A DNA stretch of 64,000 nucleotides from Hafnia paralvei ATCC 29927 (GCF_001655005.1 NZ_LXET01000009.1:43706-107705); one strand, 5' to 3'; counted from the first letter of the stretch, positions 32,876 to 45,663 are shown. The notes: generated by a model not told the origin, from the letters alone. A program made the numbers and translations.

Positions 32876-33688
32876 CTATTCTGGCGATTTTTCGCATAGC
32901 CAGTTGGCGAGCTTGCAATAGTTTTCAACAGAGATGTTCTCTGCGCGCTGGGCTGGATCGATCCCCAACTCGGTCAATTGCTCTGGTGTGAACAGGTGAC
33001 CTAAGCTATTACGCACGGTCTTGCGGCGCTGATTAAATGCTTCAGTGGTAATACGGCTGAGCACACGGATATCTTTGACCGGATGCGGAATGGTCGCGTG
33101 TGGGATCAGCCGAACCACGGCCGAGTCAACTTTTGGCGCTGGACGGAATGCTGTTGGCGGCACTTCCAATACAGGAATGACCTGACAATAGTATTGTGCC
33201 ATGACGGTCAAACGACCATAGGCCTTGCTGTTTGGGCCAGCAACCAGACGGTTCACTACCTCTTTTTGCAACATGAAATGCATGTCGCTGATAGCACCAG
33301 TATAGGTGAAGAGGTGGAACATCAAAGGGGTTGAGATGTTATAGGGTAAATTACCAAATACGCGCAGCGGCTGGCCGAGTTCTTGAGACAGCTCGCCAAA
33401 ATCAACGGTCATCGCATCTTGCTGGCGAATGTTTAATTTACTGCTGATGAATGGGTGAGTCGCCAGTCGAGCCGCCAAATCGCGGTCAAGCTCGATGACC
33501 GTCATTTTATCCATGCGATCGGCAACAGGTTCGGTCAATGCGCCCAATCCCGGGCCGATTTCCACCACTGCCTGACCTGGCATTGGATGAATAGCGGACA
33601 CAATGCTATCGATCACATATTGATCGGTAAGGAAGTTTTGTCCGAAACGTTTACGAGCCAGATGGCCTTGGTGAACTCTGTTATTCAT
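32876..33688 (-). CDS. rsmA: 16S rRNA (adenine1518/1519-N6)-dimethyltransferase
   Basis: KRFGQNFL… KsgA/RsmA family. Overlaps pdxA as in E. coli. Confidence 0.93.
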   Translation of the reverse strand: MNNRVHQGHLARKRFGQNFLTDQYVIDSIVSAIHPMPGQAVVEIGPGLGALTEPVADRMDKMTVIELDRDLAARLATHPFISSKLNIRQQDAMTVDFGELSQELGQPLRVFGNLPYNISTPLMFHLFTYTGAISDMHFMLQKEVVNRLVAGPNSKAYGRLTVMAQYYCQVIPVLEVPPTAFRPAPKVDSAVVRLIPHATIPHPVKDIRVLSRITTEAFNQRRKTVRNSLGHLFTPEQLTELGIDPAQRAENISVENYCKLANWLCEKSPE

Positions 33689-34700
33689 TACTGTTATTTA
33701 TCATTTTAATAGCGAGATTTAATGCTGTTCTGAAACTACCAACATCAGCGAGGCCAGTAGCAGCCAGATCCAGCGCGGTGCCGTGATCGACAGAGGTGCG
33801 TATAAACGGCAACCCCAGAGTAATATTCACAGCGCGGCCGAAGCCTTGGTATTTTAACACCGGTAAGCCCTGATCGTGATACATCGCCAAAACCGCATCG
33901 GCGTGCGCCAAATATTTAGGCTGGAAAAGTGTATCTGCAGGTAAAGGCCCAATGAGATGAAGACCTTTTTGACGCAACGATTCTAGCGTCGGAATAATCA
34001 CATCGATCTCTTCACGCCCCATATGGCCGCCTTCACCTGCGTGTGGATTAAGGCCACAGACATAGATTTGCGGTTCACGAATGCCAAACTTGGTGCGTAA
34101 ATCGTGATTAAGAATAGTGATGACTTCATCGAGCGTTTGCGCCGTGATCGCTGCGGGAACCTCCAACAGAGGAAGGTGCGTCGTGGCTAGGGCGACACGC
34201 AGTTCTTCGGTCGCCAGCATCATCACCACGCGTGCGCAGTGGCTGCGATCGGCAAAGAATTCGGTATGTCCGGTAAATGGCACTCCGGCATCATTAATAA
34301 TGCCTTTGTGTACTGGCCCAGTGATTAAGGCGGCAAACTCACCGCTGAGACAGCCATCGCACGCACGCGCCAGAGTGTCGACAACGTAAGTACCGTTATT
34401 GACATCTAACTGACCCGCGACAGCTTGGCTGTGTAGCGCGATTGGTAAAATCGTCAGTGTATTTGCATCTTGTGGGCGTGCAGGTTCATGAGGCTGATAT
34501 TCGCGCAACGTTAATGGCAACTTTAACCATTGGGCGCGTTCAAGCAACAAGGCCGGATCGGCGCACACTACAAGCTCCGCAGGCCATGCCTGTTGAGCGA
34601 GAGCGATAACCAGATCCGGCCCGACCCCGGCGGGTTCGCCGGGGGTTATGACGACACGAAACGTGTCATGTGAACTATTACTGGGCATTGCTACCATCAA
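33681..34700 (-). CDS. pdxA: 4-hydroxythreonine-4-phosphate dehydrogenase
   Basis: …[15 protein letters not shown]… collinear with E. coli PdxA. The exact start among the N-terminal Mets is uncertain. Confidence 0.9.
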   Translation of the reverse strand: MMVAMPSNSSHDTFRVVITPGEPAGVGPDLVIALAQQAWPAELVVCADPALLLERAQWLKLPLTLREYQPHEPARPQDANTLTILPIALHSQAVAGQLDVNNGTYVVDTLARACDGCLSGEFAALITGPVHKGIINDAGVPFTGHTEFFADRSHCARVVMMLATEELRVALATTHLPLLEVPAAITAQTLDEVITILNHDLRTKFGIREPQIYVCGLNPHAGEGGHMGREEIDVIIPTLESLRQKGLHLIGPLPADTLFQPKYLAHADAVLAMYHDQGLPVLKYQGFGRAVNITLGLPFIRTSVDHGTALDLAATGLADVGSFRTALNLAIKMINNSNE

Positions 34701-35976
34701 TAATTTTTACGTAGGCGCTGGCGCGTTCTTCCTGCATCCAGGTTTGCGCTTCTTCAGCAAATTTACGGTTGAACAGCATACGGTATGCACGATCTTTTTG
34801 TGCATCATCGGTGCGGTCAACTTGGCGAGTATCCAGAAGTTGGATCAAATGCCAGCCGAAGGAGGAGTGAACCGGTGCGCTCAGTTCGCCTTTCTGCAGT
34901 TTCATTAAGGCGTCGCGGAAAGCCGGATCGTACATGGTTGGCACTGCCCAACCTAAGTCACCCCCTTTCAATGCTGAACCTGGATCTTGAGAAACCGCAC
35001 GAGCAGCTTCATCAAAGGTAATTTGCTTACTTTTGATTTGCTGAGCAATTTCTTGCAGTTTTGCACGAGCCTGATCGTCGGTCATAACCGGCGATGGGCG
35101 CAGCAAGATATGGCGAGCATGAACTTCGGTGACAGACACATTTCCCTGACCGCCGCGGAGATCATTAACTTTCAGGATATGGAAGCCAACACCTGAACGG
35201 ATTGGGCCAATGATGTCGCCTTTTTTAGCCGTTTGCAGTGCAGCCGCAAACAGGGATGGCAACTCCTGAATTTTACCCCAACCCATTTGGCCACCTTTCA
35301 GCGCCTGAGAGTCAGCGGAGTAGCTGACGGCCATTTTGCCAAAATCAGCACCTTTGTTCAGTTGGTCAACCAACTGACGAGCTTGTTGCTCTGCATCATC
35401 AACCTGTTGCTGAGATGGGTTCTCTGGCAGTGCGATGAGAATGTGGCTGAGGTTAAGTTCGGTATCCGCACCATTCTGTGCGCCAACTTGTTTTGCCAGC
35501 GCTTCAACTTCCTGAGGCAGGATGGTGACACGACGGCGAACTTCGTTGTTACGTACTTCTGAAATCAGCATTTCTTTGCGAATTTGGTCGCGGTAGGTTT
35601 TGTAGTTAATCCCATCGGCGGCCAAACGGCTACGCATCTGATCCAGTGACATATGATTTTGCTGAGCAATATTGCCGATAGCGCGATCAACATCGGCATC
35701 GTTGATATCAATGCCCATCTTTTTCGCCATCTGCAACTGGATGTTATCCATAATCAGACGCTCAAGGATCTGGTGACGTAAGGTTGCATCATCAGGTAAT
35801 TGCTGACCGGCTTCACGCGCGTTCAGTTTTACGGACTGCATCAGACCATCGACGTCACTTTCCAGCACCACACCGTTATCAACCACGGCCGCTACTTTAT
35901 CAACGACTTGAGGGGCTGCAAACGCAGTGTTGGCACAGAATGCCACACCGAGGATCAGCGTTCTCCAGTTCTTCAT
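34678..35976 (-). CDS. surA: Periplasmic chaperone / PPIase SurA. The ORF is open to 36057, but the start is taken at MKNWRTL….
   Basis: Aligns with E. coli SurA from MKNWKTLLLG. Signal peptide plus two parvulin domains. Confidence 0.92.
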   Translation of the reverse strand: MKNWRTLILGVAFCANTAFAAPQVVDKVAAVVDNGVVLESDVDGLMQSVKLNAREAGQQLPDDATLRHQILERLIMDNIQLQMAKKMGIDINDADVDRAIGNIAQQNHMSLDQMRSRLAADGINYKTYRDQIRKEMLISEVRNNEVRRRVTILPQEVEALAKQVGAQNGADTELNLSHILIALPENPSQQQVDDAEQQARQLVDQLNKGADFGKMAVSYSADSQALKGGQMGWGKIQELPSLFAAALQTAKKGDIIGPIRSGVGFHILKVNDLRGGQGNVSVTEVHARHILLRPSPVMTDDQARAKLQEIAQQIKSKQITFDEAARAVSQDPGSALKGGDLGWAVPTMYDPAFRDALMKLQKGELSAPVHSSFGWHLIQLLDTRQVDRTDDAQKDRAYRMLFNRKFAEEAQTWMQEERASAYVKIIDGSNAQ

Positions 35977-36084
35977 ACCTTTTCCATTTGTCCAATCCGC
36001 ATGACTGCGGGTTAATGTCAAAACTCTGCTTTTACTAATCAAGATGCAACTAGGCAACGATTAGACCACAAAAATCTCAAAATG

Positions 36085-38463
36085 TTAGAAAGCTCTCTGA
36101 TAAGGCAGAATACCTTTCTGCAGCATATCGGCGGTACCCAAGCTGTAGTTGGTTCCCAGTCCGCGAAGTGCGAAGGTGAACGAGAACTTGTTGTCATACT
36201 TACTGTTTGGTTGAGAGGCGGTGGAATCCCATGAGGTAATTTTACGTTCATAGTTCACGCCGACAGACCAACAGCAGGTGTTGTACTGAAGACCAACCAG
36301 AGAATCCGCGGTCTGGTTAGCATTGGTGTCGTAATAGTAAGCGGCAACCAGCGCCCAACGGTCTGCAATAGGAATACTGCCGATAGTACCCACTTGGCTG
36401 ATCCCTTGGTTATACAGATCGTTACTTGCATAACGTGGGATCATTGCGGTCACGTATTCAGGGCTAGCATAACGATAGTTTAACTGGATCATCGTTTCGG
36501 CATCTTTACGATATTCCATTATTGCATCGCCTAGCGCGACGCTGTTTAAACGGGTGTCATACTGCAAGCCGCCACGGATGCCCCAATGGTCGGTAATTTT
36601 CCAATAGGAATCGCCTGCCCAAACCAGACTGCCGGTATCTTTATCTTTGTCAGTCGACAGCGTTTCATCACCGGTACGTGAACGTTCGAAGTAGTAGATT
36701 TGACCCAAAGAAGCGTTAAACCGTTCAACCAATGCGTCATCATAGATACGGGTTGTCAGACCGGTAGACATCTGGTTTGCCGAAGCAATACGGTCCAGAC
36801 CGCTATAGATACGGTCACGGAACAGACCGGTATAGTCCATCTGTAGCAGCGTAGAGTCGTAAACGCCGATATCACTTTGATCACGATAAGGGATATACAA
36901 GTACTGAGCGCGCGGTTCCAGCGTCTGGGTATAGCCTTGAGCCCAGTCCATATCACGGTCAAAGGTGACTTTGCTGTCAACTTTAAACTCAGGCATCACT
37001 CGGTTAACAGAATCAGCCAGATGAGCCGCTGAACGGTTAGTGGTGTAATAACTGTCTGGTACTGTTTGCTGATAGTGAGTTGCTAACAGTTTGGTTTCAG
37101 TATTCACGCTTGCCCAACCGTTAGACCAAGGAAGATCTATCGTTGGTTCAAAGTGATAACGATCGGCCTCTGGCTGATTATCGCTTTCATTGGTGAATTT
37201 AACCGCCTGACCATACATATGCAGGTCGAAGGGACCGATGTCATTTTTGTAATAGTTCAGGTCTAACTGCGGCTCAGCACGATATGAGTTCGAGTTACCC
37301 GCGTCCGCAAAGACTTGGAACTGCGTGGTTGATAGGGTCGCATTCCAGTTTTGCTCGGCGTATCCCAAGCTGAATTTCTGCGTGGCATAACCGTCGGTGC
37401 TGGAACCGTGAGTCGAATCCAGATCGTTAAAGTAGTAAGGATCGCTTACCTTGGTGTAGTCGACGTTGAAACGCCACACCTGATCCATTACACCGCTGTG
37501 CTGCCAGTAGAACAACCAACGCTTTTTATCGTTTTCTGCGTCGGAAATATTGTTCTTATTTAAACGATCGTCGGCATATTGTTTATCTTGGTTTAACCAA
37601 TCCAACTCCATCAAGCCGGAACCCGCAACGGTCAAGTAACGGAATTCGTTCTGCAATTGCAGACCACGGTTTTCCATGTAGTGCGGGGTGATGGTCGCAT
37701 CGACCTGTGGCGCGATGTTCCAATACCACGGCAGGCTGAACTCAACGCCGTCTGTGCTGGAGTATTTAAAATCGGGGATCAAGAAACCTGAGCGACGCTT
37801 ATCACCGAGAGGCAACTGAAGGTACGGGCTGTAGAACACGGGCACTGGGCCAATCTTAAAGCGGGCGTTCCAAATTTCAGCGACTTCTTCCTGACGGTCC
37901 TGAATAATTTCAGAACCGGCGACGCTCCAGCTGTTATCGCCCGGCAAACAGGAGGTAAATGTCCCGTTCTCCAGAATGGTATAGCGGTTTTCAGCGCGGG
38001 TTTTCATCAGGTCCGCGGTGCCGCGACCTTGACGACCGACGAACTGATAGTCGCCCTGCCATACGTTGGTGTCTTTGTTATTCAAATTAGACCACGCATT
38101 CGGGCCTTTCAGTTTTACCTGATTATCTGAATAGTTGACGTTACCAGTCGCGGTCACGGTACGCAGCGGATCGGGCTTATCTTTAAGAAACTTCTGATCC
38201 AGCTGAACCTGATCGGCTGTCAGTGTGCTGTTTCCCTGTTCGATGTTCACGTTGCCGCTGAACACCGCATTATCAGGATAGTTGGCATCACTTTTATCGG
38301 CCTGAATATGAACCGGTAAATCATTTGGATTGCCGGATACCAGCGGTTTGTTATACATAGGCACGCCGAGCAGGCATTGCTCAGCGAGATCGGCCAGAGC
38401 GTTCTGGCTATAGAGTGCCGACCAAACCAAGGTGGCAACCAGTGTTGGAATACTTTTTTTCAT
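36085..38463 (-). CDS. lptD: LPS-assembly outer-membrane protein LptD. The ORF is open to 38487, but the start is taken at MKKSIPTL….
   Basis: About 792 aa, collinear with E. coli LptD including the C-terminal CC and the …LPYQ end. Confidence 0.93.
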   Translation of the reverse strand: MKKSIPTLVATLVWSALYSQNALADLAEQCLLGVPMYNKPLVSGNPNDLPVHIQADKSDANYPDNAVFSGNVNIEQGNSTLTADQVQLDQKFLKDKPDPLRTVTATGNVNYSDNQVKLKGPNAWSNLNNKDTNVWQGDYQFVGRQGRGTADLMKTRAENRYTILENGTFTSCLPGDNSWSVAGSEIIQDRQEEVAEIWNARFKIGPVPVFYSPYLQLPLGDKRRSGFLIPDFKYSSTDGVEFSLPWYWNIAPQVDATITPHYMENRGLQLQNEFRYLTVAGSGLMELDWLNQDKQYADDRLNKNNISDAENDKKRWLFYWQHSGVMDQVWRFNVDYTKVSDPYYFNDLDSTHGSSTDGYATQKFSLGYAEQNWNATLSTTQFQVFADAGNSNSYRAEPQLDLNYYKNDIGPFDLHMYGQAVKFTNESDNQPEADRYHFEPTIDLPWSNGWASVNTETKLLATHYQQTVPDSYYTTNRSAAHLADSVNRVMPEFKVDSKVTFDRDMDWAQGYTQTLEPRAQYLYIPYRDQSDIGVYDSTLLQMDYTGLFRDRIYSGLDRIASANQMSTGLTTRIYDDALVERFNASLGQIYYFERSRTGDETLSTDKDKDTGSLVWAGDSYWKITDHWGIRGGLQYDTRLNSVALGDAIMEYRKDAETMIQLNYRYASPEYVTAMIPRYASNDLYNQGISQVGTIGSIPIADRWALVAAYYYDTNANQTADSLVGLQYNTCCWSVGVNYERKITSWDSTASQPNSKYDNKFSFTFALRGLGTNYSLGTADMLQKGILPYQRAF

Positions 38464-38646
38464 ACGCGGTTTCAGAAGTTCCGTCATCAGAGGCGTCGAG
38501 CAGCGAACGGTCAGAGACTATATCACCCCTAAGCGTTACGCTAGTGTTAAATTGACGCATTCTTGGTTGCTGTCGTTAGGCGTCAGAATAAATGACAGGT
38601 ATGATAAAGCAAATTATGTCCCACGGCATGATGAATTGAGGACGAT

Positions 38647-39480
38647 ATGCAGTATTGGGGTAAATTAATCGGATTAGTTCTTGGTCTAATGTCAGGAACG
38701 GGCTTTTGGGGTGTGGTGTTAGGGCTACTTATCGGTCATATGATCGATAAATCGCGTCAGGTAAGAAGCAGTGGTTATTTTTCTAATCAGGCTCAGCGAC
38801 AAGCTCTGTTCTTTAGCACCACATTTCAGGTTATGGGGCATCTCACGAAGTCCAAAGGACGTGTGACTGAGGCGGATATCAACCTTGCTAGCGCGCTGAT
38901 GGAGCGAATGCAGCTGCATGGCGCGGCCAGAACGGCGGCACAGCAGGCGTTTCGTGAAGGTAAACAGGGCGATTTTCCACTGCGGGAAAAACTGCGCGAG
39001 TTACGCAGCATTTGCTTTGGACGTGTCGATCTGATCCGCATGTTTTTGGAAATCCAGCTACAGGCCGCGTTTGCTGATGGTTCGTTGCATCCCAACGAAC
39101 GTGCAGTTTTGTACGTGATTGCGGAAGAGCTCGGTTTCTCACGCGTTCAGTTTGAGCAGTTTCTTAGCATGATGGAAGGCGGACGCCAGTTTGGCGGTGG
39201 CTATCAGCAGCAAGGACAGTATCAGCAGCAGGGCGGATTCGGTGGTTACCAGCGTCAGACGGGGCCTACGTTGGCGGATGCTTGCAAAGTTTTAGGTGTT
39301 AAGCCCAATGACGATGCGACGACGATTAAACGCGCCTATCGTAAGCTCATGAGCGAACATCATCCTGATAAGCTGGTGGCAAAAGGATTACCGCCAGAAA
39401 TGATGGAGATGGCGAAGCAAAAGGCTCAAGAGATTCAGGCTGCTTACGATTTAATTAAGAAAGAGAAGGGTTTCAAGTAA
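38647..39480 (+). CDS. djlA: DnaJ-like membrane co-chaperone DjlA
   Basis: N-terminal TM, glycine/glutamine-rich linker, C-terminal J-domain with HPD (MSEHHPDKL). Confidence 0.93.
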   Translation: MQYWGKLIGLVLGLMSGTGFWGVVLGLLIGHMIDKSRQVRSSGYFSNQAQRQALFFSTTFQVMGHLTKSKGRVTEADINLASALMERMQLHGAARTAAQQAFREGKQGDFPLREKLRELRSICFGRVDLIRMFLEIQLQAAFADGSLHPNERAVLYVIAEELGFSRVQFEQFLSMMEGGRQFGGGYQQQGQYQQQGGFGGYQRQTGPTLADACKVLGVKPNDDATTIKRAYRKLMSEHHPDKLVAKGLPPEMMEMAKQKAQEIQAAYDLIKKEKGFK

Positions 39481-39490
39481 TCCTTTCTGA

Positions 39491-39652
39491 AGAGAGCCCG
39501 CATTCGCGTAGCATTGTTTACTTAAGCTCGATTTTAGGGGGAGCACCCCGATGGGGTCGTAGCGGCGTAAGTCGCCGGAGTGCCCCGCGGAGTGCTAGAC
39601 CCGTGAATCTCGATCTCTTAAACGAACGGCATTACGCATTCGCGGGCTTTTT
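39491..39652 (+). other. GC-rich structured intergenic element bracketed by an interrupted inverted repeat plus T-run (terminator-like, with a ~110-nt insert)
   Basis: AGCCCGCattcgCGTA … TACGcattcGCGGGCTTTTTT. Internal hairpins GGGG-agca-CCCC and CGGCG-taagt-CGCCG. Direct repeat GGAGTGC x2. Confidence 0.4.
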
Positions 39653-39657
39653 TACGT

Positions 39658-39915
39658 TCATTGACCGAAAGACGGCGGCGAGACGGGGACATATCTCCCT
39701 TCGGCGCAACGAAAAATAGCGGAGGTTTCTCCGTCTACCCACCATTGTGCCAATTCTGTCGCCGTACAGCTCAGCCGAATACTCAACCCGCAGCCGCTAC
39801 TGAGCTGGCGTGGGATATCCGCGACTTTGAATTCTCGATTCTGAGCCTGAAGCCGTTTTTTTAAGCGAACCACGCCTAGCGTGCTGTGGAATAAAAACAG
39901 AAATTCATCCTGCAT
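39658..39915 (-). CDS. Small ORF (85 aa) overlapping the 3' end of the activase gene by 11 nt. Unvalidated.
   Basis: ORF-track only. Position suggests a third cistron of the dehydratase operon, with no recognisable motif. Confidence 0.2.
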   Translation of the reverse strand: MQDEFLFLFHSTLGVVRLKKRLQAQNREFKVADIPRQLSSGCGLSIRLSCTATELAQWWVDGETSAIFRCAEGRYVPVSPPSFGQ

Positions 39916-40693
39916 GACTCCTCCTCTTTTTCTGACGGCACCCCATTAGTGCCGCGCCTATCGCTCCCGCAAATTGAGCGTCGGAGTGCGTCGCCACTGG
40001 CGTATTGAGCGTATCGCTCAGATGCTGACGAAATGCATTACAGCGGCTAACGCCACCGGTAAACAGCACCTGTGGATGTACGCCTAATCGCCCGATAAAG
40101 TTGGCGCTGCGGCGCGCCATAGAGTAAACGATGCCCGATAGAATGGACTCAGGTGCGACACCCGCCGAACGTAGGCTGATGACTTCAGACTCGGCAAACA
40201 CGGTACACATACTGGAGATGGCATGCGGAGCAACGCCTGTGACTAATTCGTCAAGCTGGTTAATTTGTGCGCCAAGGGTGTGTGATATGACTTCCAGAAA
40301 ACGGCCTGTCCCAGCCGCACATTTGTCATTCATCAGAAAGTCGGTCAGTTTTCCCTCCTCATCCAGATGAATGACCTTACTGTCTTGCCCGCCGATATCA
40401 ATGATGGTGCGCGCTTCGGAGCACAGAAACCGAGCACCGACGCCGTGGCAGGTGATTTCAGTGACTTGCTTATCGGCAAAATCTATCAAGCCACGCCCAT
40501 AGCCAGTGAGAGTAAGATGCGGGCGCTCGGTGAGGCCTTCACACAGTTGTGACCATGCTTGCTCAATAGCCTCCTGTGGACGAAATGAAGTCGGAGCGAG
40601 AAAACGGCGCAGAATCTGTCCCCCGTTTGCACTATTCAATAAGATCCCTTTGGTCGCCGTTGAGCCTGAATCAATACCAATACTTAAACTCAC
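39905..40693 (-). CDS. BadF/BadG/BcrA/BcrD-type ATPase; 2-hydroxyacyl-CoA dehydratase activator (HgdC/YjiL-like)
   Basis: MSLSIGIDSGSTATKG… acetate/sugar-kinase-fold ATPase. Conserved Cys for the bridging [4Fe-4S]. 262 aa. Confidence 0.8.
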   Translation of the reverse strand: MSLSIGIDSGSTATKGILLNSANGGQILRRFLAPTSFRPQEAIEQAWSQLCEGLTERPHLTLTGYGRGLIDFADKQVTEITCHGVGARFLCSEARTIIDIGGQDSKVIHLDEEGKLTDFLMNDKCAAGTGRFLEVISHTLGAQINQLDELVTGVAPHAISSMCTVFAESEVISLRSAGVAPESILSGIVYSMARRSANFIGRLGVHPQVLFTGGVSRCNAFRQHLSDTLNTPVATHSDAQFAGAIGAALMGCRQKKRRSHAG

Positions 40694-40702
40694 ATGCGCT
40701 CC

Positions 40703-41854
40703 TTACAGCATTTCGATAAACGCACTTACGCGAGTATTGAGCTGGCCTATATCTGAATTGGAGTAATCCGTTTCTATCGCCATATAAGGAACATCATGCT
40801 GTTGGCGAACATGGCGCTTAATGGCTAAAGACTCCACGGCGTAGGTATGACAGGCCTGAAGGATCACGTCGATGACGCCATCTACCTGATATTCTTCAAT
40901 CATTTGGCTAAGCAGGGTTAAACGCTGGGTATTCGGAGAGATACAGGAGCAGCCAATGGCGAGATATTTATCGGTTAACGCATCGTAGACATCGCCTTCT
41001 TCACTTACCTGCATTTCGGTAGCTTTAGCACCGGTACAGTTTTCATATCCAACGACCCAACCGCCGTTTTCTTCAATTGCTCGTACCACTTTTTCTGCCG
41101 CCCCGCCAATCGGGCAGCCGGTGATCAGTATGCGTGGGCGATCTTCTAACCGCTTGCCTTGTTGGTATTCGCTGCGTACTTTTTCGCTTAATGCATTGAG
41201 CTCATCTATCAGGGTATTTTTATCGAATTTGAACGTTGCGCCATATACCACCTTGAGAATTTCGCTACCAGAGAGCGCGGGCGGATTAAGCTGTCCTAGA
41301 CGGTAGAACGACGACAAGGCGGCCCGTTCGCGGTTTTTTAGCGTAATTGCTGCACGTAAGTCTTGTTCGCTGATGGTGCAGTTGAATTGTTGTTCCAAGG
41401 CTGACTGCAAGCGCAAAATTTCGCTGCGCCACAGCGCGCGCGAGGCGGCGTCATCGGCGCTATTAGGAAGTTGCATCACATGTACAGGCTTAAATTCCGC
41501 CATGTATTCGTACATTTTTTTCTTGCCGTCGCAGGTCGTCTCTCCCACCACTAAATCAGAAAAGTAGAAATACGGGCATTTATCCGTTTTGCCAAATCCG
41601 TAGCTACTTTTGATTAATGGACACAGGTTACGTGGCAGATCTTTCTCGGCTTCTTCAATCGTTTCATCGCTGGTGGAACAAAGCGAAACCACAACCGCAC
41701 CGGCAGCCAGCGCGATCTCCTGTGGCATAAAGGTACAGTAGGTGCCAACCAGCGGGATATTCTGTTCTTTAAGTTCTAATACGGTAAGAAAGCCCTGACG
41801 GCGGGCATCGGAAAAATGATCGAAAATGGCGGGTAGTTCATTGATAAGAGACAT
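40703..41854 (-). CDS. 2-hydroxyglutaryl-CoA dehydratase D-component-family protein (YjiM-like). The ORF is open to 41905, but the start is taken at MSLINELP….
   Basis: HgdB/BcrBC-type dehydratase family by sequence character (Cys-rich …CSTSDE…, …TTCDGKKK…). Strong RBS GGAAGGAATAGCC before the ATG at 41854. Confidence 0.7.
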   Translation of the reverse strand: MSLINELPAIFDHFSDARRQGFLTVLELKEQNIPLVGTYCTFMPQEIALAAGAVVVSLCSTSDETIEEAEKDLPRNLCPLIKSSYGFGKTDKCPYFYFSDLVVGETTCDGKKKMYEYMAEFKPVHVMQLPNSADDAASRALWRSEILRLQSALEQQFNCTISEQDLRAAITLKNRERAALSSFYRLGQLNPPALSGSEILKVVYGATFKFDKNTLIDELNALSEKVRSEYQQGKRLEDRPRILITGCPIGGAAEKVVRAIEENGGWVVGYENCTGAKATEMQVSEEGDVYDALTDKYLAIGCSCISPNTQRLTLLSQMIEEYQVDGVIDVILQACHTYAVESLAIKRHVRQQHDVPYMAIETDYSNSDIGQLNTRVSAFIEML

Positions 41855-42010
41855 GGCTATTCCTTCCCCGGACCCGGGCGAATGATTAGTAGATAGAAAA
41901 CCCACAGCAAAAAAGTGCGGTAGGAAAATCGAATGACCGCGAAGGACTATAACCCTAACAAGGTGATGGGTATAGGAGGTGGCTCACAGAGCCACCGGAT
42001 GAGGAGGGGA

Positions 42011-42757
42011 TTAAAAATCAGGCTCGCAGCGGAAATGCATCGGTGTGCCAAACTCTGGGTGCGTGATCTGTAATTCTTGTGCGTGAAGCTGTAACCGTGA
42101 AGCCATCGCTTTAGCTTCTGGGTGAGCGTAGAACTTATCGCCCAGAATGGGGTGGCCTAACGCCAGCATATGCACTCGCAGCTGATGTGAACGTCCCGTG
42201 ATGGGCGTAAGCTTGACGCGGGTCGAACCATCAGCATCACGACTGAGTACCTGATACTGAGTTTGCGCCGACTTACCATGCTCAAAACACACTTTCTGCT
42301 TAGGGCGGTTCGGCCAATCACAAATCAAAGGCAAATCAATCAGACCTTCATCGTGCTCCATATGTCCCCAAACACGCGCGATATAGCTCTTCTTCGGCTC
42401 GCGTTCGCGAAATTGGCGCTTGAGCTCACGTTCAGCGGCTTTCGTCAGCGCCACGGCAATAACGCCGCTGGTCGCCATATCTAAACGATGCACTGACTCG
42501 GCGATAGGAAAATCGACCTGAACGCGCGTCATCACGCTGTCTTTATGTTCCTCTGCTTTACCGGGAACGGACAGTAACCCGCTGGGTTTGTTGACCACGA
42601 TGATGTGGTCATCTTGATACAACACGTGCAGCCAAGGTTCGAGCGCGGGGAAGTATTCCCCCAACTTTATCGCCGGTAGCGCCAGATCACCGCCACTGGC
42701 GACGGAGTTAATAAGGGTGTTATGCAAAACACCCTTATGGTTCTCAGAAGAGGCCAT
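42011..42757 (-). CDS. rluA: 23S rRNA/tRNA pseudouridine synthase A, with a ~30-aa N-terminal extension relative to E. coli
   Basis: …EPWLHVLYQDDHIIVVNKPSGLLSVPG…HRLDMATSGVI… Its start codon overlaps the rapA stop (translational coupling). Confidence 0.88.
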   Translation of the reverse strand: MASSENHKGVLHNTLINSVASGGDLALPAIKLGEYFPALEPWLHVLYQDDHIIVVNKPSGLLSVPGKAEEHKDSVMTRVQVDFPIAESVHRLDMATSGVIAVALTKAAERELKRQFREREPKKSYIARVWGHMEHDEGLIDLPLICDWPNRPKQKVCFEHGKSAQTQYQVLSRDADGSTRVKLTPITGRSHQLRVHMLALGHPILGDKFYAHPEAKAMASRLQLHAQELQITHPEFGTPMHFRCEPDF

Positions 42758-45663
42758 TATTGATGTGACACCACGATGAGGCGAATCGCATCCAGACGCC
42801 AGCCTGCCTGATCCAGATTCTCAAGGACCTGACGACGGTTGAACTCCAGCGTTTCCAGCTCGTCATCACGAATATTCGGGTTAACGGCTTTCAAGGATTC
42901 CAAACGCGCTAACTCGGCGCTCAGTTTTTCATCTGCTTCGCGCTTCGCTTCGTTGATCAACGCAGTCGCTTGTTCACCAATCAATGCTTCACCTGCCTGT
43001 AGCATAGCGTGCACGTTTGGCTGAACGGCATTGACCAGCTTGCTGGAGGTATGGCGGTTGATCGAGTTCAGCTGACGGTTAAAACTCTCAAACTCGACCT
43101 GAGCCGCCAGATTAGTACCTTTGGCATCGAGCAGCATACGCACCGGCGTTGGTGGCAGGAAGCGGGTCAGTTGCAGATGCTTCGGTGCCTGAGCTTCGAC
43201 CACATAAATGGCTTCCAGCAGCAGTGTTCCAACGGGCAGCGCTTTGTTCTTCAGCAAGGATACGGCGCAGCTACCGGTATCGCCGGAGAGGATTAAATCC
43301 AAGCCGTTACGAATAATCGGATGCTCCCAGCTAATAAACTGAGCGTCTTCACGCGACAGAGCCTGTTCGCGGTCAAAAGTCACGGTACAACCATCCTGCG
43401 GCAGACCAGGGAAATCAGGCACCAGCATATGTTCTGACGGCGTGAGGATGATCATGTTGTCGCTCTGATCGTCCTGATTGATACCAACAATGTCGAACAG
43501 GTTCAGCGCAAAGTTAACCAAACCGACATCGTTATCTTGGTCGGCAATGGCTTCTGCCAGTTCTTGAGCCGCGTCACCGCCGTTAGAATGCATTTCTAGC
43601 AGACGATCGCGCCCTTGCTCCAACTGCGCTTTCAACGCATCGTGCTGAGTACGACACGCTTTGATGAAGTCATCAAAGCCTTCCAACTGAGAAGGCGCCG
43701 CTAAATAACCCAACAGCGTTTGATAGCTGCTGTCATAGATGGTGCGACCGGTTGGGCAGGTGTGCTCAAAGGCATCTAGACCTTCGTGATACCAACGAAC
43801 CAAAACTGACTGCGCGGTGTTTTCCAGGCAAGGAACAAAAATTTTGATGTCGTGGTTCTGGCCAATGCGGTCCAGACGACCGATACGCTGTTCCAGCAAA
43901 TCAGGGTTAAACGGCAGATCGAACATCACCAAATGGTGAGCAAACTGGAAGTTACGTCCTTCGGAACCAATTTCAGAACACAGCAGCACCTGTGCGCCTT
44001 CTTCTTGTGATGCGAAGTAGGCCGCTGCACGGTCACGTTCGATGATGGTCATGCCTTCATGGAATACGGCGGCACGGATCGCTTCACGCTCACGCAGTAC
44101 CTGTTCCAAATTGACCGCTGAAGCCGCCTGAGCACAAATCACCAACACTTTTTCATCGCGGTGTGAGGTCAGGAAGTTCATCAGCCACTCAACGCGTGGA
44201 TCGAAGTTCCACCAGGTTGCGTTTTCGCCCTCAAATTCCTGATAAATACGCTCTGGGTACAGCATATCGTTCGCGCGGGCTTCAACCGTTTTCTTGCTGC
44301 CCATAATGCCGGACACTTTAATCGCGGTTTGATACTGAGAAGGCAACGGCAGGGTGATTTGGTGCAGCTCACGCTGTGGGAAACCTTTCACGCCCTGACG
44401 GGTATTACGGAATAACACGCGGCTAGTGCCATGGCGATCCATCAGCATTTTGACCAGCTCGTTGCGCGCATCTACGCTGCCGGTGCCGCCTGCGTTAGCC
44501 GCTTTCAGTAACGGTTCAATATCTTGCTCGGCGATCATTTCGCTCAGCATATTGAGCTCTTCGTTGGTCAAATGACCATCGTTGAGCAGCAGGGTGACAG
44601 CGTCAGCCACCGGACGATATTTCTGCTGCTCGCTGACGAATTCCTGATAGTCATGGAAGCGGTTTGGATCGAGCAGACGCAGACGTGCGAAGTGGCTCTC
44701 TTGGCCTAATTGCTCAGGAGTTGCTGTCAGTAGCAGTACGCCCGGAATGTGCTCGGCAAGCTGTTCAATCACCTGATATTCGCGGCTAGGAGCATTTTCG
44801 CTCCAGGCCAGATGATGCGCTTCGTCAACGACGAGCAGATCCCAAGAGGCATCGGCCATCTGCTCTAAACGCTGACGGTTGCGACGCACGAAGTCTAGGG
44901 AGCAAATCACCATCTGTTCGGTTTCAAACGGGTTGGTGGCATCCAGCATAGCTTCTGAATAACGAGCATCGTCAAACAGCGAGAAACGCAGGTTAAAGCG
45001 GCGCAGCATTTCGACCAGCCACTGGTGTTGTAGAGTTTCAGGCACCACGATCAGGATGCGTTCTGCGCGACCGGCTAGCAGTTGCTGATGAATAATCATC
45101 CCTGCTTCGATGGTCTTACCCAAGCCCACTTCATCGGCTAATAAAACACGCGGCGCGTGACGTTGGCCGACTTCATACGCAATGTGCAACTGATGAGGGA
45201 TCAGGCTGGCGCGCATGCCGCGCAGACCGCTCCACGGCAGTCGGAACTGCTCGCTTTGATATTTACGCGCACGAAAACGCAGAGCAAAGCGATCCATACG
45301 GTCGATTTGTCCGGCAAACAGGCGGTCTTGTGGTTTGCTGAAGGTCAACTTGCTATCGAGTAATACTTCGCGCATCACGACGTTAGCTTCTTCAGTATCC
45401 AATCGGGTGCCGATATAGATCAGCAGACCATTTTCCTCTTTGACTTCATCTATCTTCAACTGCCAACCGTCATGGCTGGTGATAGTGTCACCCGGGTTAA
45501 ACATAACGCGAGTAATTGGGGAGTCATTACGTGAGTAAAGGCGGTTTTCACCGGTCGCAGGGAAAAGCAATGTCACCATGCGCGCATCCAATGCGACCAC
45601 AGTTCCTAATCCTAATTCGCTTTCCGTATCGCTGATCCAGCGTTGACCTAAGGTAAATGGCAT
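42757..45663 (-). CDS. rapA: RNA polymerase-associated SWI2/SNF2 ATPase RapA (HepA)
   Basis: 968 aa, [24 protein letters not shown]…, DEAH helicase motifs. Confidence 0.95.
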   Translation of the reverse strand: MPFTLGQRWISDTESELGLGTVVALDARMVTLLFPATGENRLYSRNDSPITRVMFNPGDTITSHDGWQLKIDEVKEENGLLIYIGTRLDTEEANVVMREVLLDSKLTFSKPQDRLFAGQIDRMDRFALRFRARKYQSEQFRLPWSGLRGMRASLIPHQLHIAYEVGQRHAPRVLLADEVGLGKTIEAGMIIHQQLLAGRAERILIVVPETLQHQWLVEMLRRFNLRFSLFDDARYSEAMLDATNPFETEQMVICSLDFVRRNRQRLEQMADASWDLLVVDEAHHLAWSENAPSREYQVIEQLAEHIPGVLLLTATPEQLGQESHFARLRLLDPNRFHDYQEFVSEQQKYRPVADAVTLLLNDGHLTNEELNMLSEMIAEQDIEPLLKAANAGGTGSVDARNELVKMLMDRHGTSRVLFRNTRQGVKGFPQRELHQITLPLPSQYQTAIKVSGIMGSKKTVEARANDMLYPERIYQEFEGENATWWNFDPRVEWLMNFLTSHRDEKVLVICAQAASAVNLEQVLREREAIRAAVFHEGMTIIERDRAAAYFASQEEGAQVLLCSEIGSEGRNFQFAHHLVMFDLPFNPDLLEQRIGRLDRIGQNHDIKIFVPCLENTAQSVLVRWYHEGLDAFEHTCPTGRTIYDSSYQTLLGYLAAPSQLEGFDDFIKACRTQHDALKAQLEQGRDRLLEMHSNGGDAAQELAEAIADQDNDVGLVNFALNLFDIVGINQDDQSDNMIILTPSEHMLVPDFPGLPQDGCTVTFDREQALSREDAQFISWEHPIIRNGLDLILSGDTGSCAVSLLKNKALPVGTLLLEAIYVVEAQAPKHLQLTRFLPPTPVRMLLDAKGTNLAAQVEFESFNRQLNSINRHTSSKLVNAVQPNVHAMLQAGEALIGEQATALINEAKREADEKLSAELARLESLKAVNPNIRDDELETLEFNRRQVLENLDQAGWRLDAIRLIVVSHQ

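Noticed and set aside
41906-42010. Hairpin GGTGGCTC-acag-GAGCCACC between the yjiM-like gene and rluA as a terminator
   Set aside because: No U-tract on either strand. It may be a stabilising stem-loop, but it is not callable as an intrinsic terminator.
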